Positions 39,213 to 48,700 of a DNA stretch of 64,000 bases are shown in pieces (the first letter of the stretch is position 1; the number at the start of each line of letters is the position of its first letter). The DNA is from an uncultured Acidobacteriota bacterium (lineage in GTDB: Bacteria > Acidobacteriota > Thermoanaerobaculia > UBA5066 > Gp7-AA6): assembly GCA_963764715.1 (NCBI GenBank), contig CAVXTP010000011.1, positions 1-64,000 of the forward strand, given 5' to 3'. A program made the position numbers and the translations under genes. Below the pieces are notes generated by a model. The model was not told the DNA's origin, ran no database searches, and was given only the letters and a program-made list of their open reading frames with translations.

Positions 39213-39482
39213 TTACAGGCCGAGCAGCGCCAGGTCGTCGAGCAGGTTCGCCAGCCGGGGGTGCGCGGCGAGCTCGCGGTAGAGCCAACCGTGCCGGTCG
39301 CGCAGGTCCTTCAACCCGGCGCGCAGCGCCTCGCCGTCCCGGGCGGCGGCCGCCGAGCGCAGCTTCTCGATCGCGGCACGGCCCTCGTCGTCGATCCGGC
39401 CCCCGACCTGCGCGTGGAGCGAATCGAACGACTCGTGCACGCGGGCGGCGTGCTCGTCGTCGTCGCGAGGCTTGTCGACCAT
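39213..39482 (-). CDS. Small hypothetical protein (DUF4404-like C-terminus)
   Basis: ATG 39482; ends AAHPRLANLLDDLALLGL; family suggestion from memory only. Confidence 0.55.
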   Translation of the reverse strand: MVDKPRDDDEHAARVHESFDSLHAQVGGRIDDEGRAAIEKLRSAAAARDGEALRAGLKDLRDRHGWLYRELAAHPRLANLLDDLALLGL

Positions 39483-39496
39483 CGGAGTCGAGATTA

Positions 39497-40273
39497 TCAG
39501 AGAAGCGCCGGCAGGTCGGCGAGCGAGGCGAGGATCGCGTCGGGCGAGACCGGCGAGCGGCCGAGGTCGCCCTCGCGGTACTTCCCGGTGCGCACCAGGA
39601 TTCCCCGCATGCCCGCCGACTGCGCTCCGCCGACGTCCGACTCGAGGTCGTCGCCGACGACCGCCGCCTCCGGCGCCGGAACGCCCGTCGAGGCGAGCGC
39701 GGCCTCGAAGAAGGCGCGCGAGGGCTTGCCGGCGAGAAGCGCGGCCTTGCCGGACGCGTGCTCGAGCGCCGCGGCGAAGGGACCGGAATCCAGCATGAGC
39801 CCGCCCTCGGCCTGCCAGTACCGGTTGCGCGCGAGCGTCACGAGCTCCGCCCCGTCGAGCAGCAGGCGGAACGCGCGGTTGAGGCGCTCGTACGTCATCC
39901 CCTCGCCGAGGTCCCCGAGAACGACGGCGTCCGCCCCCGCCTCGACCGGCGTGATCCCCTCGAAGTCCTCGAGGAGCGCCGGGCGGACCAGGAAGTGGCA
40001 GCGCGTCCAGCCGCGCGCGAGAAGGAGCGACCGCGCGGCGCGCGGCCCGGTGAAGAGCCGGTCGGCCGCAATGTCGAGCCCCATCCGCGCGAGCTCGCGC
40101 CGCAGGACCGCGCGCGGCCGGCTCGTCGCATTGGTGACGAACCGGCACGCGATGCCACGGCGCTCGGCGGCGGCGAGGGCGTCGGCGGCGCCCGGAATGA
40201 GCGCGCCGGACTGGAACACCGTTCCCTCCAGATCGAGGAGGAGCGCCCTCGTTCCGGCGAGGGGCGAGCTCAT
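39497..40273 (-). CDS. HAD-superfamily IIA hydrolase (TIGR01458-like)
   Basis: LLLDLEGT, FVTNAT, AGKPS, VGDDLESDVGGA, LVRTGKYR. Confidence 0.9.
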   Translation of the reverse strand: MSSPLAGTRALLLDLEGTVFQSGALIPGAADALAAAERRGIACRFVTNATSRPRAVLRRELARMGLDIAADRLFTGPRAARSLLLARGWTRCHFLVRPALLEDFEGITPVEAGADAVVLGDLGEGMTYERLNRAFRLLLDGAELVTLARNRYWQAEGGLMLDSGPFAAALEHASGKAALLAGKPSRAFFEAALASTGVPAPEAAVVGDDLESDVGGAQSAGMRGILVRTGKYREGDLGRSPVSPDAILASLADLPALL

Positions 40274-41169
40274 CGCGCCGCGCCGGAGCCGGCCATGCGC
40301 TCGTAGAGCGTGAGGAGCGCCTGCGTGCCGTCCTCGCCGCGGCCCTGCGCCTCGAGGGCCGAGAGGAGCTGGTGCGCGAGGGCCGTGCCGGGCAGCGGCA
40401 CCCCGTTCGCGCGGGCCGTCGCGAGGACGATCGCGAGGTCCTTCTGCTGGTGCTTGATCGCGAAGGCCGGGGCGAAGTCGCGCCCGATCATCTTCTGGCC
40501 GAGCACGTCGAGCATCCAGGAGCTCGCGGCCCCTCCCATCAGCGCCGCGTGGAGCGACTCGAGCGGCAGGCCCGCCTTCGCCGCGAAGGCCATTCCCTCG
40601 GCGACCGCCACGAGCGTGTTCGCGACGACGATCTGGTTCGTGGCCTTGCCGAGCTGGCCGGCGCCGGACGGACCGAGGTGCGTGATCCGCTTGCCCATGG
40701 CCCGGAGCGCGGGACGCGCCGTCTCGAGCGCCGCGGCATCGCCGCCGACGAAGAAGGTCAGCGTCCCCTCGATCGCGCCCTTCTGTCCGCCGGAGACCGG
40801 CGCGTCGACGAACGCGATCCCGGCCCCGGCGAGCCGCTCGGCGATCGAGCGCGCGGCGCCGGCCGCGATCGTCGAGCAGTCGACGACGACGGCGCCCCGC
40901 GCGGCGCCATGGATGGTGCCGTGCTCGCCGAGGTGGACCGACTCGACCTCGGGGGAGTCCGGCAGGCAGGAGACGACGACGTCGGACGCCTTCCCGACCT
41001 CTTCGGCGCTCGCGGCCGGGCGCACGCCCGGGCCGAGCTCGGCCGCCAGGGCGGCGGCTTTCGAGGCCGTCCGCGTGAAGACCGTGAGGGGGAAGCCCGC
41101 CTTCGCGAGGTTGCGGGCCATGGGGGCGCCCATCGTTCCGAGTCCGATGAAACCCACGCGTGGCGTCAT
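40270..41169 (-). CDS. NAD(P)-dependent beta-hydroxyacid dehydrogenase (GarR/MmsB family)
   Basis: VGFIGLGTMGAPMA, FVDAPVSGG, GAGQLGKATNQ, KDL. Confidence 0.92.
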   Translation of the reverse strand: MTPRVGFIGLGTMGAPMARNLAKAGFPLTVFTRTASKAAALAAELGPGVRPAASAEEVGKASDVVVSCLPDSPEVESVHLGEHGTIHGAARGAVVVDCSTIAAGAARSIAERLAGAGIAFVDAPVSGGQKGAIEGTLTFFVGGDAAALETARPALRAMGKRITHLGPSGAGQLGKATNQIVVANTLVAVAEGMAFAAKAGLPLESLHAALMGGAASSWMLDVLGQKMIGRDFAPAFAIKHQQKDLAIVLATARANGVPLPGTALAHQLLSALEAQGRGEDGTQALLTLYERMAGSGAAR

Positions 41170-41230
41170 GGGCGAGACCTCCGGCGCGCGATTGTACGGG
41201 GCGTCCCGCGTCCGCCGGGCCGACCGGGTG

Positions 41231-41252
41231 TATATTGGTACCATGGTAACAA
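41231..41252 (+). promoter_or_regulatory. -10 box of probable leaderless promoter plus 18-bp palindrome over the start codon
   Basis: TATATT 41231-41236, 6 nt before ATG 41243; ttggtaccatggtaacaa 41235-41252 (8 of 9 pairs); divergent TACAAT upstream of 41169. Confidence 0.55.
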
Positions 41253-41533
41253 GACGCGGCCATCCCGCCCGCCCGGCCTCGCGGCTGCTCGTCGAGCGCG
41301 TGCAGACCGGGGTCCGCCTCGAGAAGCGCATCCTCAAGGTCCTCAAGGCCCTCGCGGAGCTCAGAGACCTGTCGCTCGGCGACCTGCTCGAGGGCATCTG
41401 CCTCCATGCCTTCGAGGGCAAGGCGCCCTTCTCCGAGGAGACGCGGCGGAAGATCGCCGAGCTCAAGAAGATCTACGGGCTCGACCTCGACGCGGGCGCG
41501 AGCCATCTGCTGCGGGAGAAGGGGGAGAGTTGA
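41243..41533 (+). CDS. Small ribbon-helix-helix-like DNA-binding protein
   Basis: VQTGVRLEKRILKVLKALAELRDLSLGDLLEGI has a beta-helix-helix pattern. Confidence 0.65.
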   Translation: MVTRRGHPARPASRLLVERVQTGVRLEKRILKVLKALAELRDLSLGDLLEGICLHAFEGKAPFSEETRRKIAELKKIYGLDLDAGASHLLREKGES

Positions 41534-41537
41534 GCCG

Positions 41538-41876
41538 ATGACGCGCGCGTTCCGCCGGGCCTTCGCGGTATTTCACTGGACGCTCGCAATCGTCGTCGCG
41601 GTCGAGAGCGTGCGGACCGTGTTCCGCGCGCTCCAGGGGCACCCGAACCACGCCCTGCTTCTGCTCGCCTCCGTCGAGGCGGTCGGGGCCGGGTTGTTTC
41701 TCGTCCCGCGCACGCTCCGCCTCGGGGCGGGAGCGATGCTGGCGACGTTCGCGATCGCCTTCCTCGTGCACGCTCCCCGCGGAGAGGCCAACCTGGCGCT
41801 CCTCGTCTACGCCGCCGGCACCGTTCTCGTGGTCCTGCATCACCGCGCCCTCGCCGCCGGGAGCGCCGCGGCATAG
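41538..41876 (+). CDS. DoxX-like membrane protein
   Basis: Four hydrophobic segments; VEAVGAGLFLVPRT, AFLVH. Confidence 0.6.
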   Translation: MTRAFRRAFAVFHWTLAIVVAVESVRTVFRALQGHPNHALLLLASVEAVGAGLFLVPRTLRLGAGAMLATFAIAFLVHAPRGEANLALLVYAAGTVLVVLHHRALAAGSAAA

Positions 41877-41896
41877 GATCGGCCGAGGAGGCGGGC

Positions 41897-42334
41897 ATGA
41901 CCGAAGTCGTCGTCCGCGAAGCGGGCGGGCGGTACGCGCAGTGGATCGAAACCGGCGGGCACGTCCTCGCGGCCGACGAGTCGCTCGCGGCGGGCGGGAC
42001 CGACTCCGGGCCGGATCCCTACGCGCTCCTCCTCGCGGCGCTCGGCGCCTGCACGTCGATCACGCTGCGCATGTACGCGGACCGGAAGGGGTGGCCGCTG
42101 ACGGGGATCACGGTCCGCCTGACCCAGCAGAAGGTCTACGCGCCCGACTGCGCCGAGTGCGAGACGCGGGACGACAGCCGGATCGACCGGATCGAGCGGG
42201 AGATCGAGCTCTCGGGACCCCTGTCGGAGGAGCAGCGGCGGCGCATGCTCGAGATCGCCGACCGGTGTCCGGTGCACCGGACGCTCATGAACCCGAAGCA
42301 GATCGTGACCCGTCTCGCCGGGGAGGCGTCATGA
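41897..42334 (+). CDS. OsmC/YhfA family protein
   Basis: ADES...GGTDSGPDPY, LGACTSIT, RCPVHRTL. Confidence 0.92.
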   Translation: MTEVVVREAGGRYAQWIETGGHVLAADESLAAGGTDSGPDPYALLLAALGACTSITLRMYADRKGWPLTGITVRLTQQKVYAPDCAECETRDDSRIDRIEREIELSGPLSEEQRRRMLEIADRCPVHRTLMNPKQIVTRLAGEAS

Positions 42335-43362
42335 AACGCCTCGCCGCGGCTCTCCTTCTCGTGGTCCTCCCGGCCGCGCGCCTGACGGCCCACGACACCG
42401 ACGTCACTCGGACCGCGCGCGCGTTCCTCGCGCTCCTGCGGCCCGGGCTCAAGACGGACTGCGCGCTGCCGCTCGAGGGCGAGGAACGCACGCGCTGGAG
42501 CTACCTGCCCGGAGAGCGGCGCGGAGTCACGCTGGGGCAACTCAATCCATCCGAGCGCGCCGCCGCCATGGAGATGCTCCGCGCGAGCCTCTCGGCGCGA
42601 GGCTACGAGAAGACGGAGGGCGTGATCGTCCTCGAGGGCATCCTGCGCGAGACGCAGACCTTCGCCTTCGGCCGCGATCCCGACCGCTACTACCTGACGG
42701 TCTTCGGCGTCCCCTCGGACGACCGTCCGTGGGCCTGGCGCTTCGAGGGCCATCACGTCTCGCTCCACTTCTCGTCGGCGTCGGGCCGCGTGGTCTCGGA
42801 AACGCCGGCCTTCTTCGGCGCCAATCCCGCGCGGGTCGCCTCGGGACCGCACGCGGGCCTTCGCGTCCTGGGACCCGAGGAGGACGTCGCGCGGAAGCTT
42901 CTCGCGAGCCTCGACGCGCGGCAGCGCGCGGCCGCGGTCATCTCGGCGAAGGCTCCCGCAGACATCCTGTTCGGTCCCGGGCGAAAGTCGGTGCCCGACC
43001 CGGAAGGTCTGGCGGCCGCGGAGATGTCTCCCGCGCAGCGCCAGGTGCTGATGGAGCTCGTAGCGCTCTACACCGGCAACCTCGCCGAAGACGTCGCGCG
43101 CGCCCAGACGGAACGGATCGCGAAGGCCGGCGTCGAGTCGATCCGCTTCGCCTGGGCCGGGGGCACCGGCGCGGGCGAGGGCCACTACTACCGCGTGCAG
43201 GGCCCGACGTTCATCATCGAGTACGACAACACCCAGGACCACGCGAACCACGTGCACAGCGTCTTCCGGGATCTCCAGAACGACTTCGGCGGCGATCTCC
43301 TGCGCTCGCACTACGCGCGCGACCACGCCTCCGCCGTCGCCGGAAACGCGCGTTTACCCTGA
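42331..43362 (+). CDS. DUF3500 domain protein
   Basis: Signal peptide; WAWRFEGHHVSLHF, FFGANP, YYRVQGPTFIIEYDNTQ..ANHVHSV. Confidence 0.88.
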   Translation: MKRLAAALLLVVLPAARLTAHDTDVTRTARAFLALLRPGLKTDCALPLEGEERTRWSYLPGERRGVTLGQLNPSERAAAMEMLRASLSARGYEKTEGVIVLEGILRETQTFAFGRDPDRYYLTVFGVPSDDRPWAWRFEGHHVSLHFSSASGRVVSETPAFFGANPARVASGPHAGLRVLGPEEDVARKLLASLDARQRAAAVISAKAPADILFGPGRKSVPDPEGLAAAEMSPAQRQVLMELVALYTGNLAEDVARAQTERIAKAGVESIRFAWAGGTGAGEGHYYRVQGPTFIIEYDNTQDHANHVHSVFRDLQNDFGGDLLRSHYARDHASAVAGNARLP

Positions 43363-43383
43363 ACCGCGGCCCCGGAAGTTTCC

Positions 43384-43412
43384 GCTTACCCTGCTTACTG
43401 CGTACTGCTTAC
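43384..43412. repeat. Short heptamer tandem repeat (TGCTTAC)
   Basis: gcttac-cc-tgcttac-tgcgtac-tgcttac between convergent genes. Confidence 0.5.
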
Positions 43413-43422
43413 CGGCCCACGC

Positions 43423-44178
43423 TCACCGCGTCTCGATCCCCCGCAGGTGCGGCTCGAGCGCCGCGTCCTGGATTCCGCGCAGCGCCTCCAGTCCCTTCTT
43501 CGCCAGCGCCAGGAGCTCATGGAGCTGCGCGTCGGTGAAGGGACGCCGCTCGGCCGTCCCCTGGATCTCGACGAACGCGCCCGAGGCCGTTCCGACGACG
43601 TTGCAATCGACGTCGGCCTCCGCGTCCTCGGCGTACGCGAGGTCGAGGACCGCCTGGCCGGCGCAGATTCCGACGGAGACCGCCGCCACCGTCTCGCGCA
43701 GCGGCCAGCGCGGGATCTTCTGCTCGCGGCAGAGCTTCGCGAGCGCCATCGCCAGGGCCACGCAGGCCCCCGTGATCCCGGCGCAGCGGGTCCCGCCGTC
43801 CGCCTGCAGGACGTCGCAGTCGAGCGTGATCGTGCGCTCGCCGAGCCCGCGCAGCTCCGTGACGCTGCGGAGCGAGCGCCCGATCAGGCGCTGGATCTCG
43901 AGCGTGCGCCCGCCCTGCTTTCCGACGGCCGCTTCCCGCGCCGAGCGCGTGTGCGTGGCCCGCGGGAGCATGCCGTACTCGGCCGTGACCCAGCCGCTGC
44001 CGCTGCCCTTCAGGAACGGCGGCACGCGGTCCTCGACCGACGCCGCGCAGAGGACGCGCGTGTCGCCGAGCGTGATCAGCGCGGATCCTTCGGCGTGCCG
44101 GGCGGCGCCCGTCTCGATCGCGACGGGCCGCAGCCTGTCCGGCGCGCGGCCGTCGGGGCGCGGCGTCGCCGGGCTCAC
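43423..44178 (-). CDS. rph: Ribonuclease PH
   Basis: GTG 44178; [42 protein letters not shown]. Confidence 0.96.
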   Translation of the reverse strand: MSPATPRPDGRAPDRLRPVAIETGAARHAEGSALITLGDTRVLCAASVEDRVPPFLKGSGSGWVTAEYGMLPRATHTRSAREAAVGKQGGRTLEIQRLIGRSLRSVTELRGLGERTITLDCDVLQADGGTRCAGITGACVALAMALAKLCREQKIPRWPLRETVAAVSVGICAGQAVLDLAYAEDAEADVDCNVVGTASGAFVEIQGTAERRPFTDAQLHELLALAKKGLEALRGIQDAALEPHLRGIETR

Positions 44179-44832
44179 GGCGTCGCCTCGGGCGTCGGCG
44201 CGCCGGCCGCCGATTCGGCGTCCGGCGGGGCGACGATGGTCTTCAGGAAGAGAAGCGGCCGGGTCAGGTCCACGTGGCCTCCCAGGGTCTCGGCGGGCTC
44301 GCCGTTGACGAGGATTCTCACACGGGACGTCTCGGCCACGTTCTGGAGCGTCGAGTCGACGAGGGCGCCGACGATCGTCAGCTCTTCGTCGGAGCCGAAC
44401 GTGAGGCCCGAGTCGACCGCGAGGTCGAGCACGGCCTCGCCCTCCTGCAGGAGAAAGGCGTTGCGCAGCTGCATCTTCGGCGGGATGACGCCGATGAGGC
44501 CCTCCCGCGTCGGCCCCTTCTGGAGCTCGGCGAAGATCGTCTGAAGGAACGCGGCGGCGCCGGCCGGGCTTCGGCACGTCCCGCTCCTCGGCGTGCAGGA
44601 GCATGCCGTCCTGGTCCGGGAAGTAGAGCGTGACGCGGACGGTCTCGACGGCCGGCGGCGCGGTCACGCCCGGAGCGGGGGTGACGATCGGGGCGGGAGC
44701 GGGCGTCACGCGCAGGAACGGCCGGGGCACCCGCCGGGAGAGGCTCGCGAGATCGCCGCGGTTGGCGAGGATCAGGGCCGCGACGGCGGCCGCGAGGACC
44801 GCGAGCAGGATCGCCGCCGCGCGCCGGCTCAT
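44175..44832 (-). CDS. GerMN domain protein (frameshift near 44566)
   Basis: TM anchor, VTLYFP, then ELQKGP...[22 protein letters not shown] in a second frame. Confidence 0.8.
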
Positions 44833-46424
44833 CGGGCTTTCGAGCGCGGGGCCCGGGCGGTCGGGGAGGGCGAGGGCCGCGGCGTCGGCGGCTCGGCGGG
44901 GGGCATCGCCCGGATCGCGGACGGAAGCCGCTTGCCGTAGAAGCGCGCCACCGCGCGGGCCACCGCGTCGGCCACGGTCTGCTGGAACTCGGGGCTCTTC
45001 AGGCTCTTCTCCTCCGCGGGGTTGGAGATGAACGCGACCTCGAGGAGGATCGCGGGCATCGTCGCGCCGACGAGGACGCGGAAGGGCGCCTGCTTGATGC
45101 CCCGGTTGGCGGTGTCGGTGACGGCGTTCATCTCGACCTGGATCGCCTCGGCGATCTCGCTCGACTCCTTGAGGTGCGCGCTCTGCGCCAGGTCCCAGAG
45201 GACGAAGTCGAGGTCGGGGTTGCCGGTCTCGGCCGCGGGCCCGCCGGGCCGCCGTTGGATTCGTTCTCGCGGCTGGCGACTTCCTGCGCGAGCTTGTCCG
45301 AGGCCTCGAGCGACAGGTAGTAGGTCTCGGAGCCCTGGGCCGAGGCCGAGCGCGACGAGTTGGCGTGGATCGAGAGGAAGAGGTCCGCCTTCTCGTGGTT
45401 CGCGATCGACGTGCGGTCGTCGAGCGGCAGCAGGAGGTCGGAGTCCCGGGTCAGGACCGTGCGGCAGGCGATCGCCTTCGGGAGCGTCGCGACGATGCGC
45501 TTGGCGATCTCGAGGGTGGCGTCCTTTTCGAAGAGCCCGCCCGGCCCGATCGCCCCGGTCTCGGTGCCCCCGTGCCCCGGATCGACCACGATCGTCACCT
45601 GCGGGCCGACGGCCGCGACCGGCGCCGCCGACTCCGCCGTCGCCGGCAGCGGCGGCGCGATGCGGCGCCCGACCTCGACGACGAGACGATCGGGCGACGT
45701 CAGCGGATACGTGCGGGCCGAGAGACCCGGCTCCCGGAAGTCGATCAGCGCGAGGTCGCCCGAGAACCGCACCGACGCGACGAGCGGGTCGTCGTACTTC
45801 TTTTCGGGAAACGGCGGGTCGATCTTCGTGTCGGCGAACCGGACCTGGAGGCCCTTGTCGGAGAGCGCGGTCGACGTCTGGGCCGCGTCCGAGAGCCGGA
45901 GCACGACCTGCGTCGTCGGCTCGACGTGGACGACGGCGACCTCGATCGACAGGGGAGGCGGGCCGGCGGGCGAGAGCGTCCACGTCTTCTTCGCGGCGTC
46001 CCACGACGCCGGCCGCCCCGGCGAGCGGGAAGAGGACCTTCTCGAAGAAGTCCGCGGGCGCGTAGAGCGCGCCCGCGACGAGGCGCGCGGGCCCCGAGAT
46101 GGCGACGATCCGCTTGTCGACCGGGACCTGCGCCGTGCCGGGCCCGAGCAGCACCTGGTGCCCGGCGCCCGTGATCGTCAGCACGCCCGTGGCGGGGTCC
46201 GAGGAGACCGTCAGGCCGAGAGCGCGGGCGGCGTCGGACACGACGAACTCCCGGCCGCCGAGCATGCCGACGGGGCGGCTCTCGCCCTTCCAGACGAGGG
46301 TCGCGCGCTCTTCGGCGGAGGCCGGAGCGGCGAGAGCCGCGAGAAGGACGGCGAGGGCCGCGGCGAGCGCCCAGGGCGCCGGGAGGCGGCGGTCTCTCGA
46401 CCGAAGATGGGCCCGTTTAAGGAT
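44829..46424 (-). CDS. N-acetylmuramoyl-L-alanine amidase (Amidase_3), frameshifts near 46010 and 45240; start uncertain
   Basis: [40 protein letters not shown] spread over three frame segments; signal-like region upstream of 46265. Confidence 0.82.
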   Translation of the reverse strand: MLKRAHLRSRDRRLPAPWALAAALAVLLAALAAPASAEERATLVWKGESRPVGMLGGREFVVSDAARALGLTVSSDPATGVLTITGAGHQVLLGPGTAQVPVDKRIVAISGPARLVAGALYAPADFFEKVLFPLAGAAGVVGRREEDVDALARRPASPVDRGRRRPRRADDAGRAPALGRGPDVDRALRQGPPGPVRRHEDRPAVSRKEVRRPARRVGAVLGRPRADRLPGAGSLGPHVSADVARSSRRRGRAPHRAAAAGDGGVGGAGRGRRPAGDDRGRSGARGHRDRGDRAGRALRKGRHPRDRQAHRRDAPEGDRLPHGPDPGLRPPAAARRPHVDREPREGGPLPLDPRQLVALGLGPGLRDLLPVARGLGQARAGSRQPRERIQRRPGGPAAETGNPDLDFVLWDLAQSAHLKESSEIAEAIQVEMNAVTDTANRGIKQAPFRVLVGATMPAILLEVAFISNPAEEKSLKSPEFQQTVADAVARAVARFYGKRLPSAIRAMPPAEPPTPRPSPSPTARAPRSKAR

Positions 46425-46503
46425 ACGAAGAAGAGGGTAGCACGGCGTCGGCGGGCGCCGCCCTCGCGGGTGCTGGAGCGCCTGCTCGCCTCGTCGGCGC
46501 CTC

Positions 46504-46920
46504 TCACGCGAGCCAGGATTTCAGCGTCGCGCTCGGGACGAGGCCCGGCTGCTGGAACGCGAGGCGGCCTCCGCGGAAGACGGCGAAGTTCGGGATGCCG
46601 CGCACGTCGTAGCGCGCCGCGATCTCGGGGTGGGCTTCGGTGTCGACCTTGAGGACCAGGGCCCGGCCGGCCATGTCGGCCGCTGTCTTCGCGACTTCGG
46701 GCGCCGCCATCTTGCACGGTCCGCACCACTCCGCCCAGAAGTCGACGAGCACGGGGACGCGGGCCTTCTCGGTGACCTCGCGGAAGATCTCCTCGTCGGC
46801 GTCGATGGGGCGCGCGACCGGGGAGATCGGCGTCTTGCAGCTCCCGCAGCGCCCCGCCTCGGCCAGCCGCTCGGCCGGGGACCGGTTCTTCTTTCCGCAG
46901 GCGGGGCAGGTCAGGATCAT
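46504..46920 (-). CDS. trxC: Thioredoxin 2 with N-terminal zinc finger
   Basis: CPAC...CGSC then VDFWAEWCGPC. Confidence 0.9.
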   Translation of the reverse strand: MILTCPACGKKNRSPAERLAEAGRCGSCKTPISPVARPIDADEEIFREVTEKARVPVLVDFWAEWCGPCKMAAPEVAKTAADMAGRALVLKVDTEAHPEIAARYDVRGIPNFAVFRGGRLAFQQPGLVPSATLKSWLA

Positions 46921-46948
46921 CGTCAGGGCCGCGGGGCCGTCGTCCCGG

Positions 46949-47773
46949 CTATTTCAGGCGCTCCTTCAGGAACGCGATCGTCTTCGGCCACGCCTCGCGC
47001 GTCGCCTTGAGGTTCGCCCCGTCGCGCCCCGCCTGGTCGCGAAGGAACCCGTGCCCGGCGCCCGGGTAGATGTGGGGCTCGTAGGTCTTGCCGAGCTTCT
47101 TCATCTCGGCCTCGGCCGGGGGGATCGTGGCGTTCACGCGCTCGTCGTCGCCGCCGTAGTGGCCGAGCACCGGAGCCTTGATCGCGGCGAGCACGGGAGC
47201 GTCGGGCGAGGTGCCGTAGAAGACGACGGCCGCGTCGAGCGCGGGCTGCGCCCCGGCGTAGGCGAAGCTCTTCCCCCCGCCCCAGCAGAATCCGAGGGTC
47301 GCGAGCTTTCCGTTGCCCGCCGGGATCTTGAGCGCCCAGTCGCGCACGGCGTTCAGGCGCTTGTTCGCCTCGTCCGGCGAGATCCCGCGCACGAGCGCGA
47401 CGACGTCGTCGCGGCTCGCGACCGAGTCGGTGCCGCCGCCGTTGGGGCCGAGGCCCGAGACCATGTCGGGCGCCACGGCGATGAAGCCCTCCTTCGCGAG
47501 CTGGTCCGCGACGCCGCGGAGCCAGTCCGTCAGGCCGAAGACCTCCTGGATCACGATGACGACGCCGGCCTTGTCCTTGCGCTCGGGGTAGGAGATCCAG
47601 GTCTTCAGCGCCGGCCCGCCGGGGTTCGGCACGTCGACGTACTCGCCGTGCCGCGGCGAGGAGTCGAGGGCGGCCTTCGCCTGCTCGGCCGCCGGCGGCA
47701 GCGAGGCGTCGCGGGCGGGCGGGGATGCGGTCTGGGCGAGAAGGAGCGAAGCGAGGAGCAGGGCGCTGAGCAT
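46949..47773 (-). CDS. Dienelactone hydrolase family protein (exported)
   Basis: ATG 47773; QEVFGL, GFCWGG, GAGHGF. Confidence 0.92.
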   Translation of the reverse strand: MLSALLLASLLLAQTASPPARDASLPPAAEQAKAALDSSPRHGEYVDVPNPGGPALKTWISYPERKDKAGVVIVIQEVFGLTDWLRGVADQLAKEGFIAVAPDMVSGLGPNGGGTDSVASRDDVVALVRGISPDEANKRLNAVRDWALKIPAGNGKLATLGFCWGGGKSFAYAGAQPALDAAVVFYGTSPDAPVLAAIKAPVLGHYGGDDERVNATIPPAEAEMKKLGKTYEPHIYPGAGHGFLRDQAGRDGANLKATREAWPKTIAFLKERLK

Positions 47774-47805
47774 CTCGGGACCTCCTGTTGCCGGACGCCG
47801 GGATT

Positions 47806-48639
47806 CTAGCCGGTGCGGGAACTCCGCGTGCGGCGCCGGACCCCGCGCGGCTGGCAGGTCTCGCACGCGAACATCCGCCGCGCCGAGAGCGGGAACTCGC
47901 GGATCGGCGTCGCGCAGCGGCGGCAGAACTGCGCCTGGTACACGTAGAAGGAATCGTCCCCGGGCCCGCGTCCCGAAAGCGGGTGCGCGGGCTCCCGCGC
48001 GGCGACGGTGCGGACGCGCGCCTGGACGACCCCGCGCCGCATGAGGCGGCGGACCGTCCGCCACAGCGCGTCCCACTCGTCCGGCGTGACGCGCCCGCTC
48101 GCGCGGAGCGGATGGATGCCCGTCAGGTACAGCGCCTCGTTGCGGTAGATGTTCCCGACTCCCGACAGCACGCGCTGGTCGAGGAGGGCGTCGCCGATCG
48201 CGCGCTTCGGGCGGCGCTGGAGCTCGCCCCACACGCGGTCCGGGTCGAAGTCGCTCCGCAGCGGGTCCGGGCCCAGGCGCGCGAGCAGGGCGCGCCGCGC
48301 GAACTCGGGCATCAGCTCGCAGGTGGGCGGGCCGATGAGGTCCGTCGTGACCGCCCTCGTCGCGAGGCGCATCCGGACCGTCGGCCGCGGCTCCGGCGCC
48401 TCGCCCCGATACCGGTAGAACCAGCCCGCCATCCCCAGGTGCACGTGGACGACGAGGCCGCCGCTCCAGTGGTGGAAGAGGTGCTTGCCGAACGCCTCCG
48501 CGCGGCGGAACTGGCGTCCGTCGAGCCGTTTCGCCTCCCGCGAGAAGCGGCCCTGCGGCGAGGCCACGGCGGGCCGCCTCCCGCCGAAGTCGCGGTTGTG
48601 GAGCCGGGCCAGGCGGTGGATCGTGTTGCCCTCGGGCAT
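47806..48639 (-). CDS. Fpg/Nei family DNA glycosylase (Nei-type)
   Basis: N-terminal MPEG, GKHL, LGPDPL, LLDQ...GVGNIY, CRRC...CETCQ zinc finger. Confidence 0.93.
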   Translation of the reverse strand: MPEGNTIHRLARLHNRDFGGRRPAVASPQGRFSREAKRLDGRQFRRAEAFGKHLFHHWSGGLVVHVHLGMAGWFYRYRGEAPEPRPTVRMRLATRAVTTDLIGPPTCELMPEFARRALLARLGPDPLRSDFDPDRVWGELQRRPKRAIGDALLDQRVLSGVGNIYRNEALYLTGIHPLRASGRVTPDEWDALWRTVRRLMRRGVVQARVRTVAAREPAHPLSGRGPGDDSFYVYQAQFCRRCATPIREFPLSARRMFACETCQPRGVRRRTRSSRTG

Positions 48640-48645
48640 ACCCGG

Positions 48646-48694
48646 ACTCTAATGCGATCGACCCGCGTCCGTCGCCCCGCCTTTGGAGTAGGTT
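48646..48694. promoter_or_regulatory. Back-to-back probable leaderless promoters
   Basis: TAGAGT (minus, 48646-48651) and TAGGTT (plus, 48689-48694), each 6 nt before an ATG. Confidence 0.5.
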
Positions 48695-48700
48695 GACGGC

